In this document: one piece after another, positions 13,232 to 24,936 of the stretch
How positions within the stretch are numbered: position 1 is the stretch's first letter
Layout of the letters: each line of letters starts with the position of its first letter
Assembly: GCA_951406725.2 (NCBI GenBank)
Contig: OX597827.1
Coordinates: forward strand, 56,296,001 to 56,360,000
Direction of reading: 5' to 3'
DNA from: Octopus vulgaris
Taxonomy: Eukaryota
Length of the DNA stretch: 64,000 nucleotides
The notes under the pieces: generated by a model
What the model was told of the DNA's origin: nothing
The model's input: the letters and a program-made list of their open reading frames with translations, nothing else
Databases searched by the model: none
Program-made: the position numbers and the translations under genes

Positions 13232-13553
13232 CATGGACATGTTTACAAAGTCAGAAAACAGCACAGCTCCCATGACTTTCAGAAACATTTTTTCATGCTA
13301 AGAGTTGCTGAAGCATGGAATAGACTGCCAGCACCAATTGTTAGTTGTCGGAGCACTGCATCCTTCAAAACTTCCATGCCTCCTGAGATTCACCAACACT
13401 ACACCTGATTTTCTCCCCTCCATACACAAGCAAGCATGTATCTGACTCATACACTGTTCACTTCCCAGACATTTGTACATTACTGCATATGCTTTATACA
13501 CACTTTTGACAAGTTGTGGTGCACCTGTATACAATAATTTCATTATTATTATT
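13232..13553 (+). mobile_element. CR1-clade LINE 3' end, shorter copy
   Basis: Near-identical to 16111-16440, with an (ATT)n tail. Confidence 0.85.
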
Positions 13554-13725
13554 TTAAGAGGCTCATAGACCAGATATATTTTGTGTTAGAGGTCCAAAGG
13601 CACCTTTATTTAATTTACAACAATACATGCAACTTTGCTGAGTTTCAAATCATAAACATTGTAATAGCATGTTGAAAAAAGAAGAGAAGGAGAGGTAAAA
13701 ACATAGTTAATATTCCATATATTAC

Positions 13726-13780
13726 CAAAGACTTTCTGAAGTTGCTCATCACAAATCATGAACTGTTTGTTTTTAGGATC
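13726..13780 (-). CDS. spp27: UAF30/Spp27-like protein, SWIB domain exon 3 (DPKNKQFMICDEQLQKVF-G)
   Basis: tttcAG acceptor, G|GTaata donor, 55 nt. SWIB motif DPxNKQFxICDxxLxxVFG. Confidence 0.93.
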
Positions 13781-14646
13781 CTGAAAGAGAAATTGAAAAT
13801 ACATTAATTATGCTTAACATTTAAAACACACGTTCATTGAAGTTGCTAAACTAAATGGCTAAAGCATTATTGAGTAACAAATTCAGAAAGAGTTTAATTG
13901 AATTACAACAGACAAGTAGATATATGATTTCAGTCTATTATTGGATTATTGTTTCAAGTTATGGTATTACATGCTCCACATCTTGTTCTTGATGCTTAAG
14001 ATAACAGACATTTATTTCAACAGAAGATTAAGTATGGGATATAATTCTGCCAGTTTGCATAACAGTCCTGACTAAGATACATAATTTTTTCTACTCTAGG
14101 CACAAGGCCCGAAATTTTGGGGGAGGGGGTCCAGTCGATTAGGTTGACCTCAGTTTGCAACTGGTACTTAATTTATCAATCCTGAAAGGATGAAAGGCAA
14201 AGTTGACCATGGCAGAATTTGAACTCAGAATGTAAAGACAGGCGAAATATATCTAGGCGTTTCGCCTGGTGTGCTTATGTTTCTACCAGCTCACTGCCAT
14301 GACAAAGATACATAATTTTTACTCTCTTAGTCAATATAAGTAATTCAGAGAGACTATTCATTACTGTAAACAGTGGGTACGACATTTAACTCAATTAGTA
14401 TTTGATTAGCTAGTAATGTGAATCATCTGACAGGTCTAAAGAAATCAATAGGAAACAATTGTTTCTTCCCAAGTAAATTAAATTTCATCTACAAGATTGC
14501 CTTCAAGTCTGTTTATCTGAGGATGTGCTCCATGTTAGTAAGTTAAGACAATGAGATATTTAAAAAAAGAAAACAGTTAAGGCATTAACCTTCTTTACAG
14601 ATTGCAAAAATGTTGAACAGAGCTTGGAAAAGATATAAATACTTAC

Positions 14647-14706
14647 TTCAAGTTCTCTTTCTTTGACTATTTTCCACATACTTTTGACAACATCTTTCCT
14701 TGCCAT
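14647..14706 (-). CDS. spp27: UAF30/Spp27-like protein, SWIB domain exon 2 (MARKDVVKSMWKIVKERELE)
   Basis: ttttAG acceptor, GAA|GTaagt donor, 60 nt. SWIB motif RxxVVKxxWxxIKExxL. Confidence 0.92.
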
Positions 14707-15090
14707 CTAAAAATAATGAATAAAAGACAATATCAACCAGAGTAGTAACAATAAAAATTAGAAACAAACTGCAGTGATATCTCAAAAACACTTATGTCAA
14801 ACTCTTGAATTCCCAAATATGTTTCCCCCACCTTTAACAAAAATTCACTATCTTGTCTAAATGTCACTATACCAAACTATATTCTGTTCAACTATTATAT
14901 TTGAAACACTAAAAATTATTACTTCTAATGTTAATATAATCCATAGATAGGAAAGAACTTAACAGCAGTAAAATACTTGCTGCAACAATTTGTACACATC
15001 ACAATCAAATTTCCAGAAATATACTCGAATAACAGATGAAGAGTGAGATGTAAATGCAGTATCTTGGAAGAAAACATTTGTCCTACTTAC

Positions 15091-15161
15091 TCTGTCTGTT
15101 CCCATAACAACTGCTAATTCACCAGATAATATACATGGCTTGCTGTAAATAGACACTCGGG
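15091..15161 (-). CDS. spp27: UAF30/Spp27-like protein, SWIB domain exon 1 (ARVSIYSKPCILSGELAVVMGTDR)
   Basis: cacAG acceptor, AGA|GTaagt donor, 71 nt. SWIB N-terminal motif LSxELAxVxG. Confidence 0.9.
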
Positions 15162-15884
15162 CTGTGAAGTAGAACAGAAAACAGAAAATTAAAATAGTGA
15201 TTTCATGTAAAATAAGATTTGCTAAACTATGTATTAGAAAGAATGGGTTACGGTTAATGGTTCAAACTTGGTCACTGACATTAATTTCTACATTCACAAA
15301 GACTAGGGATTTTTTTAATGATCACTGCATATTCCACAACATGGGACTATATTGAAGGCTCCATCTTCAAACAGAGTAGCAAAGGATAATCAGCTGTGTG
15401 TATGAGAGAGAGAGAGAGAAAGACCTGTGATAATTAGGTGTGAAGAAAATGTGGGAATTACAATATATTTATACCATTCCCAAGAACTTGAGTGAGGCAA
15501 ATGTGGTGAAGGTACCAAAAACTGAAACCAGTTCACAAACAGCTTGATGGACTTGTTCAAGTCCAATTAAAAGGCAAACTAATGAAAATGAGAAGTTGAG
15601 TTGACTGGATTTGGAAATTCAGATATTTTTAGGGGTTCAGTTTTATTACATGCATTTCATATCATCTTCAGCAGTATCAATAACATTGCTTAAATCATCA
15701 GGTTTTTAAGATGTCACCAGAGAACATCACTTCTCGTGTTGAAATACAATGAAGCAGTGCCAGACAGAATTTCAGGCAATGAGAACAGTTCAGTTCAAAA
15801 CAGCCAAACCAAAAAGGCCACTTGTCTATAATGACAAATTGTGATCTACCATGGAATATATATATCATCTTCTTCATCATTTTA

Positions 15885-16445
15885 ACATCTTGCCCAGGAT
15901 ATTAATCGTCTGGAAGCCGTTCAGCGACATACAACCAAGAGAATACCCTCCATCAGGCATTTGCCATATTCTGAACGCCTTACTTCCCTGGGCATGGATA
16001 CACTGAAACTCTGACGTCTGGCAGCTGACTTGGCAGACACCCATAAAATTATTAACCATCTTACTAACAATAACTCTGAGCACCTTTTCAAACTCCATCT
16101 GTCTAACACCCGTGGACATGTTTACAAAGTCAGAAAACAGCACAGCTCCCATGACTTTCGGAAACATTTTTTCACGCTAAGAGTTGCTGAAGTACGGAAC
16201 AAACTGCCGACATCAGTTGTTAGTTGTCGGAGCACTGCATCCTTCAAAACTTCCATGCTTCCTGAGATTCGCCAACACTACACCTGATTTTCTCCTCTCC
16301 ATACACACTCAAGCATGTATCTGACTCATACACTGTTCACTTTCCAGACATTTGTACATTACTGCATATGCTTTATACGCACTTTTGACAAGTTGTGGTG
16401 CACCTGAGCACTGTATACAATAATTTCATTATTATATTATTATTA
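15885..16445 (+). mobile_element. CR1-clade LINE, 5'-truncated 3' end (RT C-terminus + 3'UTR)
   Basis: QDINRLEAVQRHTTKRIPSIRHLPYSERLTSLG...TRGHVYKVRKQH...RKHFFTLRV...LP..VV...ASFK, followed by an (ATT)n tail. Confidence 0.85.
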
Positions 16446-16814
16446 TGACTCAGAATTCATTGAGGCAGATTTTTTTTTAAGCCGGATGCCCTGTCACCAA
16501 CACTTATCTTTTTCTAAGCAAAGTAATATTTTCCCATAACCAAATGTTTTTCATAGAAAACTGGAAACAACATTGCTTCGTTTCTAACCATCTGATGATG
16601 TCAAAACGAGGGAACACACACACACAGATACACACATTGTTTAGCACAGTACAGTGGAGTGGGTTCTTGAAAGTTTAATAATTTCTTAGTGATGTAGTGT
16701 ATTTATATTCGATTTTTGAAAATTTGGGAATGATATAAAGTTGTTTTGACCGATTGGAGTGTTTATTCATTATACCTTTTCGGTTTAACGAAGTTATAAA
16801 ATCATCCTCTTATT

Positions 16815-16847
<33 letters not shown>

Positions 16848-17077
16848 AAACACAAACAAACAAGCATCCATTTATGAGGAATCTTCTAATGTCTAATAAC
16901 TTAAAAGTTTGATAACGAACCAGACAGACAGTTTCTAGGGTTCTATTTTAAGGATTAAAATCTTTAAATGCAATTAGATATTTAGCATATGTTTGTGTTT
17001 ATCTCAACATAAATGTAATTACAAACATTCACATGTGTGTAATTTGAAACAGGAAAGTACAACTGTGTATAACATAC

Positions 17078-17117
17078 CTTTTCCATCTTTCTGTTTTCTT
17101 TCTTTTTTAGGAGGTGC
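17078..17117 (-). CDS. spp27: UAF30/Spp27-like protein, coding exon (APPKKERKQKDGK)
   Basis: ttctAG acceptor, AAG|GTatg donor, 40 nt. Phase 0 in, phase 1 out, matching the next exon. Confidence 0.8.
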
Positions 17118-19279
17118 CTAGAAAAACCAAGGGTGTTAAATGAAGTAAACAGTAATTAGAATTTCAACTACATTTCCAGAAAATGCATTTTTTTTCGTTG
17201 TTTGTTTAGAGAAGGAAGTCCCTCATCCTGTCACTGAAAAAAAATCTTAATTGCAACATATGGATAACATCTTGTCTAAAATTATCCTTGTCAGAGCTAA
17301 AGAATAGTGAAGTACATAAAAACATTTAATCAGTGTCAGCTCACTGAGTGATTGAGCAAGGGAAAAAGAGGAGGCTCTAAGAAATATGATGAGTGAGAGA
17401 GAGGGTGAGGACAGTGCAGCATTATCATTTTCATCATTGTTTTAGCATCCACTTTTCTATGTCTGCATGGGTTAGGTGGAATTTGTTGAAGTAGATCTTT
17501 TATGGCTAGATGCTCTTCCTGTTGCCAATCCTCACTGCAAGAGGATAAGAGATGTGTGGTTGGATAGATTATAAGAGTGTGAGGTGGGAAGTATACACAC
17601 ATACGGATGTATATATGTATCTGTATAAAGATGTGTACGTATAGGCAGGTAAATATACATGTGCGTGCACATGTATGGCAGTGTGTGTGTATGTAAATAT
17701 ATGCATATGGATATGTATGTATTTATATATGAATATATGTGCATGTATGTTGGTCTATGTCTATCTCCCTCTCTTTAGGTGCCATGCCTACAGACGTTGG
17801 TAGTCATGGACATTCATGCTGTTAGATGTTTCATCATGTGTCTTACTAAAAATACAGTAGTGGTTTCTGTTGTTTTCCGGCAGTATATTTACTCCTTGCT
17901 TTACCCATCCCCTCTTTCAAGCTTACTGTTGAGGCACAGGGACTATTTATCCCTAAGACAAGGGGGTCTGGTTTGTCACATCAGTGTATATTCATACACA
18001 AAATTTAGCTTGTGGCATGTGACTGGGGACCGGCTTTCCTTCAAGCTCTTCCTCAACATCTTTTGCTATGTAACCCATAAATGAGAAAGCAAGGTGAAGG
18101 TTGGTAACAGGAAGGGCGTCCACCTGTAAAAAATCTCCTTCAACAAATTCCGTGTAACTCACACAAGCATGAAAAAGTGGATGCTAAAATGATGATGAAA
18201 TGCATGTATATAAATACATATACAGACATACAAAAACACACGCGTATGTGTGTGTTTATGTACATATGTTATATATACATACATTTCCAATTGTTATTAC
18301 GTCTGTTTTCCTCATACGAGCATGGGTTGGATTAATATCCTATTGAGGCATTGTTTTATAGTCAGATGTTTTTCCTGTCACTAACCCATACCAGTTTTCA
18401 AGTCAGAGGGCTCTTATTTCACATGTCTTTTAAAGGCATGAAGCAAATAGATTTGTTGACAAAAATGACAAGGGAATTGCTCATAGCATCTCTATTTTGT
18501 AGAGTGCAAATCCAAACAAACATACAGATGTACATATGTGCACACACATATCATCATCACCATTTAACATCCATTTTCCATGCTGGCATGAACCAGACAG
18601 GAGCTAGTGAGCCATAGGACAGCATCAAGCTCCACTGTCGCATGCTTGCATAGGTCAGCTGGAATTTGTTGAGGCAGATTTTCTATGGCCAGACACCATT
18701 TCTGTTGCCAACCCTCACCAGTTTCCAAGCAAAGTAATGCTTTTTTTCAATAGCTAGATATGTTACAAGTCACCCTGCAGTATATCTGAATACCTCACAC
18801 ACAAGCATGTTATCAAACACTATATCTACTTTTTCAAATCTTTTACAAATATTAATTGTATCATCACAATACAATGCACAATTCTCTCAACCTACTGCAA
18901 CAACATCAAAACAAGACAGGTGAAACTTTAACAGAAAATCAACAAATATATTTTATATCAGGCATGGGCAACCCTTTACAAGTGGGCAGCATGAGATCTG
19001 CATCAGCATCAGGCAGGACACACTAAAATAATTCAAGGTGATTTTTTGTTAGGCGTGCCATTCAGAAAGTCCTACATATCACAGTTTTATAACAAGACAC
19101 AAAGATAACAAACACTGAAGTGTCATCATTATGGAATAAAATAAATATTCATTTTTCTCAATTGATGCAATTCTTTCTCCCAACTACTTCTACAGTAATA
19201 CTGCTGACGCAGAGGCCAGATTATTCTCCATTCTGATTTTATTTTCAACCACCTGTATCTCTGACCAACTTACCAATTC

Positions 19280-21575
19280 TCCAAATTCAATCTTTATCCA
19301 GCCATTACTTTTTGTTCCTCTTTAGGCTGTCCAACTACTAACATGAAAAAACTCATCTTTGTACCACACAACTCCTGCTACTGAAACCACTGGCACTTTA
19401 TGTTATTTACTAGTCAGCTCTCAACCAGTTCTATGCTTGAATGCTAGCTTCTTGGTAGGAAATATATCTCACTTTTGATCCAACACAACTGACCAATACC
19501 ATTATCTAATATATCCCTTCACATCCATCACACAACTAAATTCCACAAATACCAGTGGTTCATGCACAGCTGCACAGTAGGTGTACAAATGAAAAAAACA
19601 TTATTCACAGGTCACTCACCTTACCAGCACAACACCTACAAGACAACCATTAGAAAAGCAAAGAATATCTTTGTTTTACAATCTGATATGTTTTCACTCA
19701 TCAGCAACTTTGCAGTATCTCCTTACCCAACTTACCTCAATTCCTAAACCAAGATAGCTCTTGACATAGCACTTCTGCAGATAAGGTAACTGTATTTGTG
19801 ATCTTTCTTTTTTTATCCATTTCAGATGCACACATACAAATAAAATTCCATACCAATCATTCTTATCTACTCTACCATTCTCATAATCACACACACACAC
19901 ATACATTTACCATATTTGAGATTCTTCAATTACTCCAGCCCAACAAAACTAGTAGCCCTGATAGTGTCCTTTCTATGACCATTAAAGAATACCCTTCACT
20001 ACAAATTCGTTAAACTCACCAAATTCAGTTACTGTTCACACTTTACAAGTATTTGTGAGAAAGATGCTTCCATATATCCTATTTCCAAGAATAAAATCTG
20101 CTCTAACCCTACTGATTACTACCCTAGATACTTCTGAAAAGACATGATAGGCATGGTTAGAATATTTTTGATTGCAGGTTGACACGGGAATAGACAACTA
20201 CTTGCTTCACCATCTTAGGTATCTCATTCTTCTTAGAGACCATAATTTCAAAAGATAACTACCACAAATTTCTTCTCCAGTGGTCCCACAAGACCTTGTG
20301 AAATTTGATAAAACCAATGTTGTTGCCTTTATATCAGCAAAACCTTCAACAATGTCAGTTATGAGGACCTAGAAAAATTCTAACAATGCGCTTAAGCTGT
20401 TGTCTGTTAAATCGATAGTAGTTACCTCTCACTATAGCATGCATTGACTGACCTTTCTCCAACCATGGACAACAACTTCAGAGTATTCCAAGGGTCTTGT
20501 CCTTCTTCCCATACTTAATCTAATTGTATTAAACTCCTACTCCTACCATCCTTCATTCCTCTTTAAACTTTTTACAACCAATCTAGACATACAATGCCAG
20601 ATATACATTTCTATCAAAAAAAAAAAAGAAAAAAAAAGAAATCTCTTTCAATTGAGACAACATCAAACTACAATCCTGTAGATATCAAGTAAACAGTCTT
20701 CTACTACACACACATATAACCGACAAAGTCACTACAAATGTTAGGCTCCAATCTTTTACATAAGGTTATCAAATGTACATCACAAGGATTAAGTATTTCA
20801 CAAAAGGGAAAATACTTCAGCTCTGATCAGTGGCTGAATGAATAAGGATTACATATGATACATGCTAAAATATTAATCACATATTAAGCAGCTGCATCAC
20901 ACACAAACATCCTATACTACTTTCAAAAGAAAGCCATTCAGCTGATTAGCAAGTCATTTACTAACGTGCTACAATTACTGGCTCTCAGACATAATTCTTT
21001 TCTCTGCCTTTTCAATCACAATTACAACAGCCTTTGTTCCTCTAAATCAATGGTTCTCAACCATTTTTGCTGATGGACTCCTTTGATTACTCTTCTGTTC
21101 TGGTGGACCCTCATAGTTATTTGATGTTTAAAAACAAATTTTATAGAGACTCCTTTCAAAATTTCTATTTTGTTATTCATTTATTCACTTGTAGAGGTAG
21201 AATGATGTAAAATGTTAGAGAAAGAAACCTAGCTGTTTCTTGCAACAGATACATTTAAATCAAAACTTTTCATGGACCCTTAAAATACTACTGTAGATCT
21301 CCAATTTATTATTTTCCTAGTGTGGACCCCCAACAATCTTTTTGGATCTCCACATGTCATCTAGACCCTGATTGGGAACCACTGCTCTAAATTAATAAGT
21401 TGTGTCCCACCTTCACTCTGGCATACTCAACACACCAGCCTTTCTGTTCTTGGCCACCATGTCTTATCCTATGGACACAGTTTAAATATTTTGCTCACTC
21501 ATTTTTCAGAGATGTCTACATTTTATCTACTGCATCAACTTATAAAAGTTCAAATTAAACATCAACCACAACACC
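19280..21575 (+). mobile_element. Highly decayed APE-type LINE (CR1/Jockey group), interrupted by the hAT MITE
   Basis: Remnants LQPNKTSSPD, VVA..ISKTFN (xDISKAFD), gagtattccaagggtcttgtcctt (GVPQGSVL-like) and FQKKAIQLI, in the expected order. Confidence 0.5.
21048..21384. mobile_element. hAT-Charlie-type MITE with intact 8-bp TSD
   Basis: TIRs caatggttctcaacc / gattgggaaccactg. Identical TSD CTCTAAAT at 21040-21047 and 21385-21392. Confidence 0.85.
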
Positions 21576-21681
21576 ACACTCTTACCAGTTTGTATGAGCC
21601 TAGAAAAATTAAGAGTGCCACACCACTTCCAACTTGGTACTATTAACAATAATTTCTTGGTAACGATAATTTCTAACATAT

Positions 21682-22050
21682 GCACGTAAAAAGCACCAAC
21701 CGTTCGTGGCCGTTGCCAGCCTACCGTGGCACAGGACAGGTGCCGGTGGCACGTAAAAAGCACCATCCGTATGTGGCTGATGCCAGCGCCACCTTGACTG
21801 GCTTCCGTGCCGGTGGCACATAAAAAGCACCAACGAATCGTGGCCGTTGCCAGCCTCCCCTGGCACGTAAAAAGCACCCACTACACTCACGCATTGGTTG
21901 GCGTTAGGAAGGGCATCCAGCTATAGAAACACTGCCAGATCAGACTGGAGCCTGGTGCAGCCTCCTGACTTCCCAGACCCCGGTCGTACCATCCAACCCA
22001 TGCTAGCATGGAAAACAGATGTTAAACGATGGCGGTGGCGATGACGAGGA
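21682..22050 (+). mobile_element. SINE/RTE-tail family C with internal ggcacgtaaaaagcacc subrepeats and (GAT)n tail
   Basis: Core ggttggcgttaggaagggcatccagctgtagaaa...ccaacccatgctagcatggaaa. Other copies at about 5175-5340, 6430-6585, 7395-7570(-), 28055-28228, 37400-37535(-), 42325-42515, 48378-48570(-), 54460-54640(-) and 60050-60243. Confidence 0.75.
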
Positions 22051-22640
22051 TGATATGCACAAGCCAGAAATTCAGAGAGCAAGAAGGGATAATCAATTAA
22101 ACATTCCCCAAGCACCTCAATGGAAATTTATTTCGTCAACTCTGAAAGGATAAAAGGCAAGGTTGATCTTGGCACAATTAGCTTCGTCTTTCATCCGTCC
22201 AGGAATAATAGTGACAAAAGTAATTTCAAAGAAATTACTTTGCTAATTTTTATGCACGGATATGAAAGTTCAGATTTACAGAGGAAGAGGAGCAGCAAAC
22301 TCTGGCTTCAAGAGATTCTAAATCACTAGTACAGTAAGTCGATATTCAGTAGTGACATATTAACCTTTCCATTTGAAAATTGTTACATAGATAAGACATA
22401 AAAATCAGTATGATACTGACTTTCTTGTTTTTCTTATACAGTGGAATGTCAGGAGAAGAAGAGTGCTAGACTATACACCTTAGATTGCATACTTTCATTA
22501 CCTTACAAATCTGGTACTTATTCTCTCACCAGGATTGTTAAAATAAAATTCAATCCACTACATACCCTTCCCTAAAAATATGTCACTTTGTATCAAGTTA
22601 AAAAAAAAAATCAATATATCTTTATTTTCTGACTCAAGAA

Positions 22641-22712
22641 GACGAAGTGGCCTAGTGGTTAAGGCTAATCCATTGGGGTCTCGCCATGTGAGTTCAAATC
22701 TCATCCTCATCA
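22641..22712 (+). pseudogene. tRNA-Ser(GCT) pseudogene with the 5' anticodon-stem strand deleted
   Basis: GACGAAGTGGCCTAGTGGTTAAG-GCTAATCCATTGGGGTCTC...GAGTTCAAATCTCATCCTCATCA matches metazoan tRNA-Ser(GCT) except for a ~10-nt deletion (GCGATGGACT) and CpG decay. A T-run follows at about 22719. Confidence 0.75.
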
Positions 22713-24017
22713 GTTACGTTTTTATTTAATTACGCATTTAGGCGTAGGAGTGGCTGTGTGGTAAGTAGCTTGCTTATGAACTACATGGTTCCGGGTTCTA
22801 TATATATAGCCTCGGACCAACCAAAGCCTTGTGAGTGGATTTGGTAGGCGGAAACTGAAAGAAGCCCATCGTATATATGTGTATGTGTGTTTGTGTATCT
22901 GTGTTTGTCCCCACAATATCGCTTAACAACCGATGCTGGTGTGTTTATGTCCCCATAACTTAGCGGTCGGCAAAAGAGACCAATAGAATAAGTACTAGGG
23001 TTACAAAGAATAAGTCCTGGGGTTGATTTGCTCAACTAAAAGTGGTGCTCCAGCATGGCCACAGTCACATGACTGAAACAAGTAAAAAAGTAAGTGTATA
23101 AGTGTCAATTGCTTGACTTCTACTAATCTCTCTGATAAAGAGATTTTATTAAACTGTTAGAATTCTTGTCCCTCTACAGTAGACAAGCTTATCTAAATTC
23201 ACAAACTTCTTTACATAACACTGTGTAACATGATTTTTGTTCTTGGGTAGCAACTGTTATTTCCTATTTGCTTATCCCTAAAAAGTATGAAAAAGAGCTA
23301 ACATTTCCTTTAAACTTTGCTTTTGTGACATTTGTTCAAACCCCAAAGAATCCCTCTCAACACATGGCTATGATGCTTCCCCACTACTCCAGCTCAGAGA
23401 TGCACATATTGTCAGCCACTAAGAAACATGTTCAAGTGTTTATGATCAAGCAACTGACAAGAAAATCTGTGATACTGAGCAGAATATTTGCTATAACAAT
23501 ATTTCTGCTTCAGCAACTCAGTGCTGAATCTGTCTGAAATGTAATAGAAAATAGGTCAGTTTCAAAACAGTGATGTCCAGGTGAAAAAAAAAACAAAGTT
23601 TGAAGGGCACAGTAATCATTTCCTTTGAGTTCAAGATACAAATAGGAAATAACACTTACTGACCAATGATAAAAATTAAAATTTTGTTAGTGTAATTTTG
23701 CCCCATGCAAACCAACCCATAGTTTCTTCAGGCTGCTTTTAATTTAGTAATTTATATAAATTTTCATTTTTAACAGTGCAAAACTCAGCAAAAGTCAACC
23801 CAAATTTTGATTATGGCAAGAACAGCTGAAACCAAAATGTAATTATATACATCTTCAATAAACTCGTTGGGAACATAATAATTAGAACAGTGCTTGCTAA
23901 CAACCATCTTTAAAGAATTACAATACAAATAATTTCCATTAACATAATGATGTTAGCAAATGTGGACCTCAAGAGGTTATTAACTATTTCTGAAACAATA
24001 TCATAAATATTACTTAC

Positions 24018-24101
24018 TGGTGTTTTTTTAACAGATCTTGGCCGAGAACGGAAATTGTTTTCTTCTTCTTGAAGTTTCTTTGCTAATTCTTCATCGTCTA
24101 A
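24018..24101 (-). CDS. spp27: UAF30/Spp27-like protein, coding exon (LDDEELAKKLQEEENNFRSRPRSVKKTP)
   Basis: ttcAG acceptor, CCA|GTaagt donor, 84 nt. The DEELAxxLQEEE motif is typical of UAF30/Tri1-family linkers. Confidence 0.9.
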
Positions 24102-24890
24102 CTGAATTAAGAACAAACATCAACTCAATGCTGGTAAATAAGTATGAAATATATGAATTATTAATGTCAAACACTGGCTGCTGTTACAAAAGACTGCTAA
24201 TGTTAGCTCTTATGTAGAGAATAGAATATAATTTCATTTCCTTCTCATAAACAACGAACTGCCATCTTCAGGTTTCTATGCTGGTCTAGGTACTTAGATT
24301 CTCTATTGCATCCAGTCTAAGACATGTAATGTATTGCATGAGGTTTTCAAATCTGGATGCCAGAGTTTGACATAGTACATCAGGTGGGATTTTTTTTAAC
24401 GACTCTTGCATTAAAGAATTTTACTGACTTAGAGGTGGCTTAATAAGCATTTCTGATGTAAGTATAAAGCATTGGAGCTCAAACAAAGAAGTGATGTGAA
24501 TTTATAAATTTTAAAGTGGTATCACATGTTGAGAACTACAACAATGAAAACAAGGTCACGGATGCAATTCAACAGCAAAAAAAAAAGACAAGAAAAATTA
24601 TCAAGACAATCACATGCCATAATTCTATGAATTCTTAGACTGATTGAAACTACAGATTTATAGTGGGAGTGAAGGAAAATGATAACTTGAGATGCTCATA
24701 CATTGCCTAAGAGCGAATAATAGAAGCAAACGAATTCCAAGACAATTCAATGGATTGAATTCATTGTGAATTAACTATCATATTCAAGACTTAAACAGTT
24801 CATATAGCTTAATACTTGACTGGAGAAAGGATGAATCAATGAGAAAAACTCAATCTGCAAGAAATAACACCTAAATCTCTCTTAAACTCC

Positions 24891-24936
<46 letters not shown>

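Noticed and set aside
15645-15680. Minus-strand CTGAAGA-tgatat-GAAA motif
   Set aside because: No stem II or stem I complementarity.
21682-21880. CRISPR-like spacing of ggcacgtaaaaagcacc repeats
   Set aside because: The 'spacers' are similar to each other and recur in other SINE-C copies (28055-28150, 42325). Eukaryotic context and no cas genes.
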